Of a stretch of DNA of 64,000 nucleotides, positions 36,373 through 45,891 are shown one piece after another. Numbering within the stretch: the first letter of the stretch is position 1; each line of letters begins with the position of its first letter. Position numbers and translations under genes: made by a program. The notes under the pieces were generated by a model, which saw nothing but the letters and a program-made list of their open reading frames with translations, had not been told where the DNA came from and did no database searches. The stretch comes from Egibacteraceae bacterium (GTDB lineage Bacteria > Actinomycetota > Nitriliruptoria > Euzebyales > Egibacteraceae). The stretch covers positions 4,498 to 68,497 of the forward strand of contig JAUJMS010000006.1 of the NCBI GenBank assembly GCA_030446745.1. Reading direction: 5' to 3'.

Positions 36373-38510
36373 GTGGCACCAGGCCCCGCCGCCGAGCCGG
36401 TCGACGCCGACCCGGTCGACGCCGACCTCGCCGACCTCGCCGACGCCTACGGCGTCGCGACGCGCTACGACGACTACCTGCGCCGCCCCGTCGACGTGGC
36501 GGCGACGCCGGTGCGCCTCGCGCTGGCTGCCATGGGCGTGGCGGCCGGGGACGCGGCGCAGGTCCGCGAGTCACTCGAGACGGTCCGCGCCGCCGCGGCG
36601 CGCCGCCTGCTCGCCCCGGGCCCCGTCGTGCGCGCCGACCGCGGCGCCCGTCTGGCGGTCGCGGCGGGCGGCCGCCGCGTCCGCGTCACGCTGCGCCTGG
36701 AGGAAGGCGCCAGCCGCGAGCGCGCGGTCGTCGGCGACGCCCTCGGCGTGCCCGCCGGCCTGCCGACCGGCTACCCCCGCCTAGACGGGGTGGTCTCGAG
36801 GTCGGCGACGCGACGGCGAGCGAGACGCTCGTCGTGGGGCCGGCGCGCTGCCCGCAGCTGCAGCAGCGACCCGGCTGGGGCTGGATGGTGCAGCTGTACG
36901 CCGCCCGCAGCGCCGCGTCGTGGGGGATGGGCGACTACGCCGACCTGGGCACCCTCGCACGCTGGGGCGGCGAGCTCGGCGCCGACCTGCTGCTCGTCAA
37001 CCCGCTGCACGCCGCGACCCCGGTCCTGCCGCAGGTCGACTCGCCGTACTACCCGTCCAGCCGGCGCTTCCGCAGCCCGTTGTACCTGCGGGTCGAACAG
37101 CCGCCCGAGTTCGCCGCCCTGCCGCCGGCCGAGCGCGAGCGGATCGCGGCGCTGGCCGAACAGGCACGCGCCGCCGGCGGCGGCGACCGCATCGACCGCG
37201 ACGCGGTGTTCCGGGCCAAGACCGCGGCGCTGGAGCGACTCGCCGCCGTCGACGCGGGCGACCAGCGACGCGCCGCGTTCGCCGCGTGGCGCGACCGCGA
37301 AGGCCGCGGCGTCGTCGACTTCGGCATTTTCTGCGCGCTGGCCGAGCGCCACGGCGTGCCGTGGCAGGACTGGCCGCCGGCGTTGCGCCACCCCGACGCG
37401 CCGGCGGTCGCGGCGGCGCGCGACGAGCTCGCCGCCGACCGGGTCGCGTTCCACGTGTGGCTGCAGTGGCTGTGCGACGGGCAGCTCGCCGACGCGCAGG
37501 CGGCGACCGGCGCGGGGATGGCCGTCGGGATCGTCCACGACCTCGCCGTCGGCGTCGACCCGGGCGGGGCGGACGCGTGGGCGCTGCAAGACGACCTCGC
37601 GCTGGGCGTCACCGTCGGCGCGCCGCCCGACGGCTTCAACCAGAAGGGGCAGGACTGGCGGCTGCCGCCCCTGCTGCCGGCCCGTCTGCCCGCCACCGGC
37701 TACGCCCCGTTCCGCGACATGCTGCGCTCGGTGCTGCGCTCCGCCGGTGGCATCCGCGTGGACCACGTCATGGGCCTGTGGCGGCTGTGGTGGGTGCCCG
37801 CCGGCCGGTCCGCCGCCGAGGGCACCTACGTGCGCTACCCGGCCGACGCGCTGCTGGGCGTGCTCGCGCTCGAGGCGGAGCGCGCGGGCGCGCTGGTCGT
37901 CGGCGAGGATCTCGGCACCGTCGCCGCCGGCGTGCGCGAGACGATGGCCGAACGCGGCGTGCTGTCGTCGCGGGTGCTGTACTTCGAGCGGGTCGACGAC
38001 GACCCGCAGCAGCCGCGACTGCCGGCGGCGGACTACCCCGAGCTGGCGCTGACCTCGATCACCACCCACGACCTGCCCACCGCGGCCGGGTGGTGGGCCG
38101 ACGAGGACGTCCGCGTCCAGACCGAGCTCGACCTGTACGGCAGCGCCACGACGCCGCAGGCAGAGGCCGCGCGCAAGGCCGGCGAGCGCGCGGACATGCT
38201 CGAGCTGCTGGGCAGCGAAGGTCTGCTTCCCGACGGCGAGCCCGACGACGAGGCGCTGGTCGTCGCGATGCACGCCTTCCTCGCGCGCACGCCGTCGTTG
38301 CTCGTCGCGACCGGGCTGGGTGACGCGCTCGGCGACCGCCGGCAGCCGAACATGCCGGGCACCACCGACGAGTACCCGAACTGGCGGCTGCCGCTCGCGC
38401 GCAGCGGGCCGGCGGGTGCCGAGCCGGTGCCGCTCGACGAGGTGCTCGGCGACGCGCGCGTCCGGCGCATCGCGGCCGCCCTCAGCAACCGGACGCGCAG
38501 CGCACCGTGA
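36373..38510 (+). pseudogene. malQ: 4-alpha-glucanotransferase (amylomaltase, GH77), with an apparent 1-nt frameshift near 36793-36798
   Basis: N-terminal domain in the 36319 frame (LADLADAYGVATRYDDYLRRPVDV...LPTGYPRLDGVV). The rest is in the 36246 frame (LEVGDATASETLVVGPARCPQ..., GWGWMVQLYAARS, DSPYYPSSRRF, IRVDHVMGLWRLWWVP, VVGEDLGTV, TTHDLPT, NMPGTTDEYPNWR). GTG 36373 follows GGAGGG. Confidence 0.8.
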
Positions 38511-38601
38511 CGGAAGGTGACGCTGCGTGTTTGAAGGGGTCCGAGGTGCGGGCATACCGGCCGAGCACGGACCGCCACCGCCCACGACACGAGGACGCGG
38601 C

Positions 38602-40233
38602 ATGACGCCTGCGAGCACGGACACGGCTAGCAGCCGCGTGCTCGTCGTGGACGACGACCCGACGGTCCGGGAGCTGTTCACCGAGGCACTGGAGCTCGCC
38701 GGCTTCGAGGCGGTGCCTGCCGCGGGGGGGCAGGCGGCGCTGGACCTGCTCGAACGCGACGGCGTCGAGGCGGTGCTGCTCGACAGCCAGATGCCGGGGA
38801 TGGACGGCCTGGCGGTGCTGCGCGCGATCCGCGGCCGACCGCGGCTACGCACGCTGCCGGTGATCCTGGTGACCGGCGCCGCCGAGGTCGCCGACCGGGT
38901 GCGCGGCCTGGAGGCCGGCGCGAACGACTACCTCGCCAAGCCGGTCGACGTCGCGGAACTCGTCGCCCGCGTCCGCACGCAGCTGCGCAGCCAGGCGGCG
39001 TGGATGCGGCTGCTCGAAGGCCAGCTGCGCGACCGAGCGACGGTGACCGAGGCGCTGTGCCGGCTGCGGCCCGAGCACACCCCCGAGGTGACGGCGGACC
39101 TGATCTGCGGGGAGATCGCCCGCCTGCGCAACCTGACCGGGGTGGCGCTGATCGCGTTCACCGACGACGGCGGCGCGGTCACCCTCGCCCGCCATGGGCA
39201 CGTGGCGCGGGCGGTGCGCACCGGTCTCGCGTTACCGGAGGTGACCGCGAAGTCGCTGCGGGAGCGGGCGGCCCGCGGGGCCTGGACCGAGGAGCGCGTC
39301 GCCCAGCCGCCCGGGGCGACCGGGCCGCCGCTGCTCGGTGCGGACGCCGCCGTCGCGGCCTACGCGCCGCTGCACAGCCAGGGCCGGCTGCTCGGCCTGC
39401 TGGGGCTGTCGAGCGGTCCCGCGGCCGACGACGCGCCGACCGACGCGATCGCGCAGGCGCTGTCCGCGGCGATCGACTTCGCGGCGGTATCCGCCGCGCT
39501 GCTCGGCCCGGGGCTGCGCCAGCGGTTCGAGCTGCACACCTCCCAGGCCGAGCTCCGCCGACTGCTCGACGGCGAAGGGTTCACGCCGGTGTTCCAACCG
39601 ATCGTCGACCTCGCAACCGACCGGGTGGTGGGCGACGAAACGCTGACGCGCTTCGCCGACGGCGTCGCGCCGCAGCGCCGCTTTGCGGAGGCCGCGCGCG
39701 TCGGGATGGGGCACGCATTCGAGCGCGCGACGATGGTCGCGGCCCTGCTCGCGGCCACCGACCTGCGCGACGTGTGGGTCAGCGTGAACGTCTCGCCCGG
39801 GTTCCTGGCGGCCGGCGGCGCCGAGGAGCTGCCGCGGCCGGCGACGTGCAGCCTGGTCCTCGAGCTCACCGAACACGACCCGGTGGAGGACTACAGCGAG
39901 ATTCGCCGCGCCATCGAGCGCCTCGACGGCGTGCGACTGAGCATCGACGACGCGGGGGCTGGCTACGCCTGCCTCACCCACGTCCTGACGCTGGGACCGG
40001 CGTTCATCAAGCTCGATCGCGGCTGGGTGGTCGGCATCGACGCGGACCCCGCCCGCCAGGCGCTGGTCGCGGGGCTGCAGTCGTTCGCCGAGCGGACCGG
40101 CGCGACGATCATCGCGGAGGGGATCGAAACCGAGGCAGAGCTCGCGACGCTGCGCGAACTCGGCGTGGCGCTCGGGCAGGGCTACCTGCTGGGCCGGCCG
40201 CTGCCGGCCACGGCCCTGGTGGCAAGCCGCTGA
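38602..40233 (+). CDS. response-regulator receiver - GAF-like - EAL domain protein (putative c-di-GMP phosphodiesterase)
   Basis: REC: VLVVDDDPTV, LLDSQMPGMDG, VILVTG, YLAKP. EAL domain: FQPIVDL, GDETLTRF, LELTE, SIDDAGAGY, IKLDR, AEGIETE, GQGY. Confidence 0.8.
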   Translation: MTPASTDTASSRVLVVDDDPTVRELFTEALELAGFEAVPAAGGQAALDLLERDGVEAVLLDSQMPGMDGLAVLRAIRGRPRLRTLPVILVTGAAEVADRVRGLEAGANDYLAKPVDVAELVARVRTQLRSQAAWMRLLEGQLRDRATVTEALCRLRPEHTPEVTADLICGEIARLRNLTGVALIAFTDDGGAVTLARHGHVARAVRTGLALPEVTAKSLRERAARGAWTEERVAQPPGATGPPLLGADAAVAAYAPLHSQGRLLGLLGLSSGPAADDAPTDAIAQALSAAIDFAAVSAALLGPGLRQRFELHTSQAELRRLLDGEGFTPVFQPIVDLATDRVVGDETLTRFADGVAPQRRFAEAARVGMGHAFERATMVAALLAATDLRDVWVSVNVSPGFLAAGGAEELPRPATCSLVLELTEHDPVEDYSEIRRAIERLDGVRLSIDDAGAGYACLTHVLTLGPAFIKLDRGWVVGIDADPARQALVAGLQSFAERTGATIIAEGIETEAELATLRELGVALGQGYLLGRPLPATALVASR

Positions 40234-40234
40234 C

Positions 40235-40699
40235 TCAGACCCACTTGGCGAGCCACAGCGCCTCGCCGAGCTGTTCGAGGTTGGCCAGCTGCGCCTCGGC
40301 GTCGTCGACGTGGTGCTCCTCGTCGGTGAGCAGCCGCTCGAACAGCGTGCGCGACCCGGGGTCGCCCGCGGAGCCGCAGACCCCGATCGCGCGGCGGTAC
40401 CGCTCGACGGCGCCCTTCTCCATCTCGTAGTTCAGCCGAAACTGTTCGATGACCGTCTCGCCGACGCCGACGGTGAACAACCGCTGCAGGTTGGGCACCC
40501 CGTCGAGAAACAAGATCCGCTCGATGAGCGTCTCGGCGTGGCGCATCTCGCCGATCGACTCGTCGTAGTAGTCCTTGGCCAGCGTTGCGTAGCCCCAGTT
40601 GGCCGTCATCTTCGACGCGATGAAGTACTGGTTGACCGCGGTCAACTCGCCGGTCAGCGCCTCGTTGAGGACCTCGATGACCTCCGGACTGCCCTGCAT
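40235..40699 (-). CDS. bfr: bacterioferritin
   Basis: [31 protein letters not shown]...[10 protein letters not shown]...[11 protein letters not shown]...EEHHVD (di-iron ligands, haem Met at ...IGEM). 154 aa. GGAGG RBS. Confidence 0.9.
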   Translation of the reverse strand: MQGSPEVIEVLNEALTGELTAVNQYFIASKMTANWGYATLAKDYYDESIGEMRHAETLIERILFLDGVPNLQRLFTVGVGETVIEQFRLNYEMEKGAVERYRRAIGVCGSAGDPGSRTLFERLLTDEEHHVDDAEAQLANLEQLGEALWLAKWV

Positions 40700-40736
40700 G
40701 GCGACCTCCGACGCGAGACGGGCTGCGTCGGCCAGC

Positions 40737-40952
40737 CTACGGGTGCGTCGCGACCGCGTCGAGCGTGACGGACGCCGCGGCGGCCGGACAGTCGCGGCAC
40801 GCAGCGAGCAGCCGGGTGATCGCCGGCACGCACCCGCCGCACTCGCTGCCGGCACCGCAGGCGGCGGCGACGTCGAACTCGTCGCGAGCGCCGCGGGCGA
40901 TCTCGTCGAGGATGCGCCGGTCGTTGACGGCACGGCAGTGGCAGACGAGCAC
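40737..40952 (-). CDS. bfd: bacterioferritin-associated ferredoxin (BFD-like [2Fe-2S])
   Basis: MLVCHCRAVNDRRI...CGAGSECGGCVP gives the Cys-x-Cys...Cys-x2-Cys pattern. Immediately upstream of bfr. Confidence 0.8.
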   Translation of the reverse strand: MLVCHCRAVNDRRILDEIARGARDEFDVAAACGAGSECGGCVPAITRLLAACRDCPAAAASVTLDAVATHP

Positions 40953-40966
40953 GAACGCCTCCGGTG

Positions 40967-40982
40967 GTAAGGCTGCCCTTAC
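40967..40982. promoter_or_regulatory. candidate operator palindrome upstream of bfd-bfr
   Basis: GTAAGG-CTGC-CCTTAC inverted repeat, 5 nt upstream of the bfd RBS. About 12/19 match to the IdeR iron box when aligned on TAAGGCT. Confidence 0.3.
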
Positions 40983-41022
40983 GAGAATAGCGCCTGTCCT
41001 GATGCGGCGCGCAACCCGCCGC

Positions 41023-42447
41023 TCAGGCGCCGCCGATTCCCTGCTCGCGCGCCCAGCGGTCCAGCAGCGCGTACGCCTCGGCGGGCTCGATGGGGCCGTG
41101 GTCCAGGCGCGCCTCGAGCAGCATCCGGTACGCCCGCCCGACCGCCGGGCCGGGCGCCAGGCCGAGGTGGGCCATGATCTCGTGGCCGTCCAGCGGCGGA
41201 CGGATCCGCTCCAGCTCCTCTTGGGCTTGCAGTGCGGCGATGCGTGCCTCGAAGGCGTTCATCGCGTCCGCGAAACGCCTCGCCTTTTTGCGGTCGCGCG
41301 TGGTGACGTCGGCGCGGGTCAGCGCGTTGAGCCGCTCGAGCTGGTCGCGCCGGCCGGCGTCGCGCACGTAGCGGCGAACCGCCGCGTCGGTCCACGCTCG
41401 GTCGCCGTAGCCGTGGAAGCGCAAGTGCAGATGGACGAGGTCGCTGACGTCGTCGACGGTGTCGTTGGGGTAGCGCAGCGCCGTCAGGCGTTTGCGTGCC
41501 ATGCGCGCGCCGACGTGGTCGTGGCCGTGGAAGGTGACCTTGCCGTCGCCGCAGAACTCGCGCGTCGCCGGCTTGCCGATGTCGTGGAGCAGTGCCGCCA
41601 ACCGCAGCGTCAGGTCGTCGGCTCGACAGCGGTCGACCACGGCCATGGTGTGGGCGTAGACGTCTTTGTGGGAGTGCAGCGGGTCGCGTTCCATGCGCAG
41701 CGCCGGCACCTCCGGCAGGAACCGGTCAGCAAGACCGGTGTCGCATAGCAGGTCCATGCCAGCCGCCGGCGTCGGCGCGCACACCAGGCGGCTCAGCTCG
41801 TCGCGCAGCCGCTCACGGCTGACCGTGTCGAGAGTGGGGGCCAGCGCCGTCGCGGCCGCCCGCGCCGCCGCGTCGGGGCGGGCGTCGAGCACCGCGGCGA
41901 AGCGCGCCAGGCGCACCATGCGCAACGGGTCGTCCGCGAAGCTGGACTCCGGGGCGACGGGCGTCCGCAGGACCCGGTCGCGCAGGTCGGCCAGCCCGCC
42001 GAACGGGTCGACGAAGTGGTGGTCGGGCAGCCGCACCGCCATCGCGTTGACCGTGAAGTCGCGGCGCGCCAGGTCGGTGTCGATCGTGCCGGCGAACGCC
42101 ACGTCAGGGTGACGCGAGCCGGCGGTGTACGCCTCGCAGCGGAAGGTGGTGACCTCGAGCTTCCACCCGGCCTTGGCGGCGCTGACCGTGCCGAAGCGCG
42201 CCCCGGTCAGCCAGATCGCGTCGGCCCAGCCGCGCAGCAGCTCCTCGCTGCGCTCCGGCGGCGCGGACGTCGCGAAGTCCAAGTCGTCCTGCACGCGGTC
42301 GAGGAAGGTGTCGCGGACCGTGCCGCCGACGAGGTACAGCTCGTAGCCGGCCGCTGCGAAGCGTTCGCCCAGCTCGTCGGCGACGGGGTAGCGGGCGACC
42401 ATCCGTCCGAGCTGGCGCTCCTGCGCCGGGGTGAGGTCGTCGCCCAT
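41023..42447 (-). CDS. cca: CCA-adding tRNA nucleotidyltransferase / poly(A) polymerase with HD domain
   Basis: YLVGGTVRDTFL, DLDF, RRDFTVNAMA, HD motif LLHDIGKP. 474 aa. Confidence 0.85.
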   Translation of the reverse strand: MGDDLTPAQERQLGRMVARYPVADELGERFAAAGYELYLVGGTVRDTFLDRVQDDLDFATSAPPERSEELLRGWADAIWLTGARFGTVSAAKAGWKLEVTTFRCEAYTAGSRHPDVAFAGTIDTDLARRDFTVNAMAVRLPDHHFVDPFGGLADLRDRVLRTPVAPESSFADDPLRMVRLARFAAVLDARPDAAARAAATALAPTLDTVSRERLRDELSRLVCAPTPAAGMDLLCDTGLADRFLPEVPALRMERDPLHSHKDVYAHTMAVVDRCRADDLTLRLAALLHDIGKPATREFCGDGKVTFHGHDHVGARMARKRLTALRYPNDTVDDVSDLVHLHLRFHGYGDRAWTDAAVRRYVRDAGRRDQLERLNALTRADVTTRDRKKARRFADAMNAFEARIAALQAQEELERIRPPLDGHEIMAHLGLAPGPAVGRAYRMLLEARLDHGPIEPAEAYALLDRWAREQGIGGA

Positions 42448-42519
42448 CGTCGGGATGCTACGGGCGGGCGGCGCGACCTCCCGCCGGGATGTGCGCGGGC
42501 GGGGGCCCGGCGGTGTGGC

Positions 42520-43599
42520 TTACGCGTCGAGGCCGGCGGCGCGCACCGCGATGCGGAAGTCGTGCGGGCTGGTGGCGGCGTTCATCGCGTCGCGCAGCGT
42601 GACGCGCACCTCGCGGTACAGGGTAAGCAGGTGCTGGTCGAACGTCTGCATCCCGTAGTACGCCCCGTCGGCGATGGCGTCCTCGATCTGGGCCGTCTTG
42701 GACGGGTCGACGACGAACTCGTGCAGGCGCGTCGTCATGACCAGGCACTCGATGGCCGCGACGCGCCCGCCGCCGACCTGCGGCAGCAGCCGCTGGCACA
42801 CGATGCCCTTCAGCGAGTTCGCCAGCGACAGGCGGACCTGGTGCTGGGAGTGCGGCGGGAACAGATCGACGATGCGGTTGATCGTCTCGGTCGCGTTCGT
42901 CGTGTGCAGCGTCGACACGACCATGTGACCGGTCTCGGCCGCCTGGAGCGCGGCGCTGACCGTCTCGGTGTCGCGCATCTCGCCGATGAAGATGACGTCG
43001 GGGTCCTGGCGGGCCACCGAGCGCAGCGCTGACGAGAAGCCGCCGGTGTCCACGCCGATCTCGCGCTGGTCGATGATCGCGAGCTGGTCGCGGTGGAGGA
43101 TCTCGATCGGGTCCTCGATCGTGACGATGTGGCAGCGCCGCGTCGCGTTGATGTGGCTGATCATCGCCGCGGTCGTCGTCGTCTTGCCCGAGCCGGTCGG
43201 CCCGGTCACGAGCACGAGCCCACGGTGCTCCTCGGCGAGCTTGCGGATCGCGGGCGGCAGGTTGAGGTCCTCGATCGTTTGGGCGCTGGGCAGCACTCGG
43301 CGCAGCACCATGCCGACCGACCCGCGCTGGCGGAACACCGCGACGCGGAAGCGTCCGCAGCCGGCGAGCGAGTACGCCAGGTCCGCCTCGTTGCCGGCCA
43401 TGAACGACGCCCACAACTCGTCAGACATCGCCTCGCGGGCGAAACGCAGGGTGTCCTCGCCGCCCAGCTGCGGCAGGTCGTGGACCTCCGACAGCTCCCC
43501 GTCGATGCGGATGTACGCCGGCCCGCCCGCCTTCAGGTGCAGGTCGGAGCCGCCCTTGTCCACCAGCAGGCGTAGGTAGGCGTGGAAGTCCACGGACAC
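42520..43599 (-). CDS. pilT: PilT-family type IV pilus retraction ATPase (orphan)
   Basis: GGSDLHLKAGGPAYIRIDG, Walker A GPTGSGKTTT, TIEDPIE, PDVIFIGEMRD, GHMVVSTLHT. GTG 43599 gives 359 aa. The track ORF runs to 43743 through a duplicated Ala/Arg tract. Confidence 0.8.
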   Translation of the reverse strand: MSVDFHAYLRLLVDKGGSDLHLKAGGPAYIRIDGELSEVHDLPQLGGEDTLRFAREAMSDELWASFMAGNEADLAYSLAGCGRFRVAVFRQRGSVGMVLRRVLPSAQTIEDLNLPPAIRKLAEEHRGLVLVTGPTGSGKTTTTAAMISHINATRRCHIVTIEDPIEILHRDQLAIIDQREIGVDTGGFSSALRSVARQDPDVIFIGEMRDTETVSAALQAAETGHMVVSTLHTTNATETINRIVDLFPPHSQHQVRLSLANSLKGIVCQRLLPQVGGGRVAAIECLVMTTRLHEFVVDPSKTAQIEDAIADGAYYGMQTFDQHLLTLYREVRVTLRDAMNAATSPHDFRIAVRAAGLDA

Positions 43600-43681
43600 G
43601 ATCCCTTCTCGCAGCGACAGTCCTTCCGCGAGGTTGTCGGCGCTGCGCGCGGCGATCTTGACCGCGGCGGCGGTTCCGCCC

Positions 43682-43729
43682 CGCGTCGCGCCTTCGCGCG
43701 CCGCGCGCGTCGCGCCTTCGCGCGCCGCG
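43682..43729. repeat. exact 24-nt tandem duplication in the pilT / NUDIX divergent region
   Basis: CGCGTCGCGCCTTCGCGCGCCGCG x2, read directly. Would encode AREGATRA-AREGATRG if translated. Confidence 0.85.
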
Positions 43730-43757
43730 CCCGCCTCGCCCAACGTAGGATTCCGCT

Positions 43758-44249
43758 ATGGCCCGCTACCCCACGAGGCACGCCGTCTCGGCCGGCGGGC
43801 TGGTGTTCGACGACCGGCCGGACGGCCGCTGGGTGGTGCTCATCTCGCGGCGCAACGCCGCGGGCGCCCTGCAGTGGACGCTGCCGAAGGGCGGGCTCGA
43901 AGACGGCGAGGATCTCGAGGCGGCGGCGGTCCGTGAGGTGCTCGAGGAGACGGGGCTGCGCTCGACGATCACCGGCAAGCTCGGCGTCGTCGACTACTGG
44001 TTCGTGTGGAAGCCCGACGAGATCCGCTACCACAAGTACGTCCACTACTTCTTGATGGCCTTCGTCGACGGCGACACCCAGGCCCACGACGACGAGGCAG
44101 AGGACGTCGTGTGGCTGCCGCTGTCCGCCGCGGTGGAGCGCCTCACTCACCCCAACGAGCGCCGACTGGTGCAGGCAGCAGCACCGGGGGGCGACGGCGA
44201 CGCCGTCGCGGTGCGCAATGCGGCGGTCGAGGCTGGGCCGGGGCGCTAA
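43758..44249 (+). CDS. NUDIX hydrolase (MutT4-like by position)
   Basis: Nudix box GGLEDGEDLEAAAVREVLEETGL. 163 aa. Divergent from pilT/cca. Confidence 0.85.
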   Translation: MARYPTRHAVSAGGLVFDDRPDGRWVVLISRRNAAGALQWTLPKGGLEDGEDLEAAAVREVLEETGLRSTITGKLGVVDYWFVWKPDEIRYHKYVHYFLMAFVDGDTQAHDDEAEDVVWLPLSAAVERLTHPNERRLVQAAAPGGDGDAVAVRNAAVEAGPGR

Positions 44250-44268
44250 ACGCACTACACTCGCGGCC

Positions 44269-45891
44269 GTGACCGACGCCGGCGACCGGACCGAGACGCT
44301 CGGGCCGACGGTCGCCGCCGCGGGTGACGAGCCGGTGGTGCTCGGGGGCCGTTACGAGCTGACGCAGCGCATCGCGAGCGGCGGGATGGCCGCCGTGTGG
44401 CGCGGCTACGACACGGTCCTCGCGCGCACGGTCGCGGTCAAGCTGCTCCACGATCACCTCGCCGCCGACGCCGGGTTCCGCGAACGGTTCCGTCGTGAGG
44501 CGATCGCCGCGGCGAAGCTGACCCACCCCCATGTCGTCAACCTCTACGACACCGGCACCGAGGGCGACCGCGTCTACCTCGTCATGGAGTTCGTCGACGG
44601 CGCGACTTTGCGCGACGTCATCGCCGACCTCGGGTCGCTGGCGCCCGGTCAGGCCGCCGACATCGGCGAGAAGGTGGCGCGCGCCCTGCACTACGCCCAC
44701 GAACGCGGCCTGGTCCACCGCGACGTCAAGCCGGCCAACATCCTCATCGGCGACGACGGGGCGGTGAAGGTCGCCGACTTCGGGATCGCGAAGGCCGAGG
44801 AGGCCGACGGCGACCTGACCAAGACCGGCATGGTGCTCGGCACGGCGGCCTACGTGGCTCCCGAGCAGATCACCGGCGCAGCGCCGATCGACGGACGCGC
44901 CGACCAGTACGCGCTGGGCTGCGTCCTGTACGAGGCGCTGACGGGGCGCCCGCCGTTCAAGGGCGACTCGGCCGTCGCCACGGCGGCGCAGCGACTGGAC
45001 ACGGCGCCGCCGCCGCTTCGTGCGGTCCGCCCGGGTCTTCCGCGCGGCCTGGACGCCGTCGTGATGCGCACGCTGCGGCGGACGCCAGCGGACCGCTTTC
45101 CGTCGGCGCGCCAGCTCGCCGACGCGCTCGCGCCGTTCGCCGACAGCGACCGCGCCCAGACCGCGGCGCTGGCACGCACGGTGCCGGGCACGACCGCCAC
45201 CGCGACGTTGCCGCGGGCGGCGCCGCCACGACCGCCGCTGCGGCGCGCGGGCCGCGCCCTGCACCGGGAGCGCCGCTGGGTCGTGCCGGTGTTCGCGCTG
45301 GCGCTGGTCGCCGGTGCCGGCGTCGGCTTGGCGCTCGCGGGCGGCGCGCTCGACCCCAGCCGGCTCGAGCGCCCGCAGGCGTCGCCGGCGGCGCCGGCCG
45401 CCAAGCCGTCGCCGGTCGCGCCGCCGCCCAAGCCGGGGCCCCTCGAGGTCACCGGGGCCACGGCGTTCGACCCGCAGCGCGACGGGCGGGAGAACGACGA
45501 GTCACCGCCGGCGCTGTCCGACCGCGACCCGTCCACGACCTGGCGCACCGACATCTACAACAGCGCCGAGTTCGGCGGCTTGAAGGACGGCGTCGGCTTC
45601 GTCCTGGACCTCGGCGACCAGCAGCGCGTCACCGGCGTCGAGCTGGCGACGACGACGCCGGGCGCCAACTACCAGGTGTCGGTCGCCGAGCGCGCCGCCG
45701 ACGAGATCGGGGGGCTGGCCCGGGGGATGACGGTCACCGACGCCGACGCCAGCGAGCAGGTGAGCTTCGACCGCGCGCCGGTCGGGCGCTACGTCCTGGT
45801 GTGGGTCAGCGCCCCGCTGCCAGGCAGCGGCAGCAGCTACAAGGCCGAGTTCTCCGAGATCGTCGTGCGCGGCACGCCCGAGCGTGGTTGA
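44269..45891 (+). CDS. transmembrane Ser/Thr protein kinase with an extracellular discoidin/CBM-like domain
   Basis: IASGGMAAVW, VAVKLL, HRDVKPANIL, DFGIAK, APEQ. TM helix WVVPVFALALVAGAGVGLALAGG. C-terminal DPSTTWRTDIYNS...GVGFVLDLG...YVLVWVS. Confidence 0.85.
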   Translation: MTDAGDRTETLGPTVAAAGDEPVVLGGRYELTQRIASGGMAAVWRGYDTVLARTVAVKLLHDHLAADAGFRERFRREAIAAAKLTHPHVVNLYDTGTEGDRVYLVMEFVDGATLRDVIADLGSLAPGQAADIGEKVARALHYAHERGLVHRDVKPANILIGDDGAVKVADFGIAKAEEADGDLTKTGMVLGTAAYVAPEQITGAAPIDGRADQYALGCVLYEALTGRPPFKGDSAVATAAQRLDTAPPPLRAVRPGLPRGLDAVVMRTLRRTPADRFPSARQLADALAPFADSDRAQTAALARTVPGTTATATLPRAAPPRPPLRRAGRALHRERRWVVPVFALALVAGAGVGLALAGGALDPSRLERPQASPAAPAAKPSPVAPPPKPGPLEVTGATAFDPQRDGRENDESPPALSDRDPSTTWRTDIYNSAEFGGLKDGVGFVLDLGDQQRVTGVELATTTPGANYQVSVAERAADEIGGLARGMTVTDADASEQVSFDRAPVGRYVLVWVSAPLPGSGSSYKAEFSEIVVRGTPERG

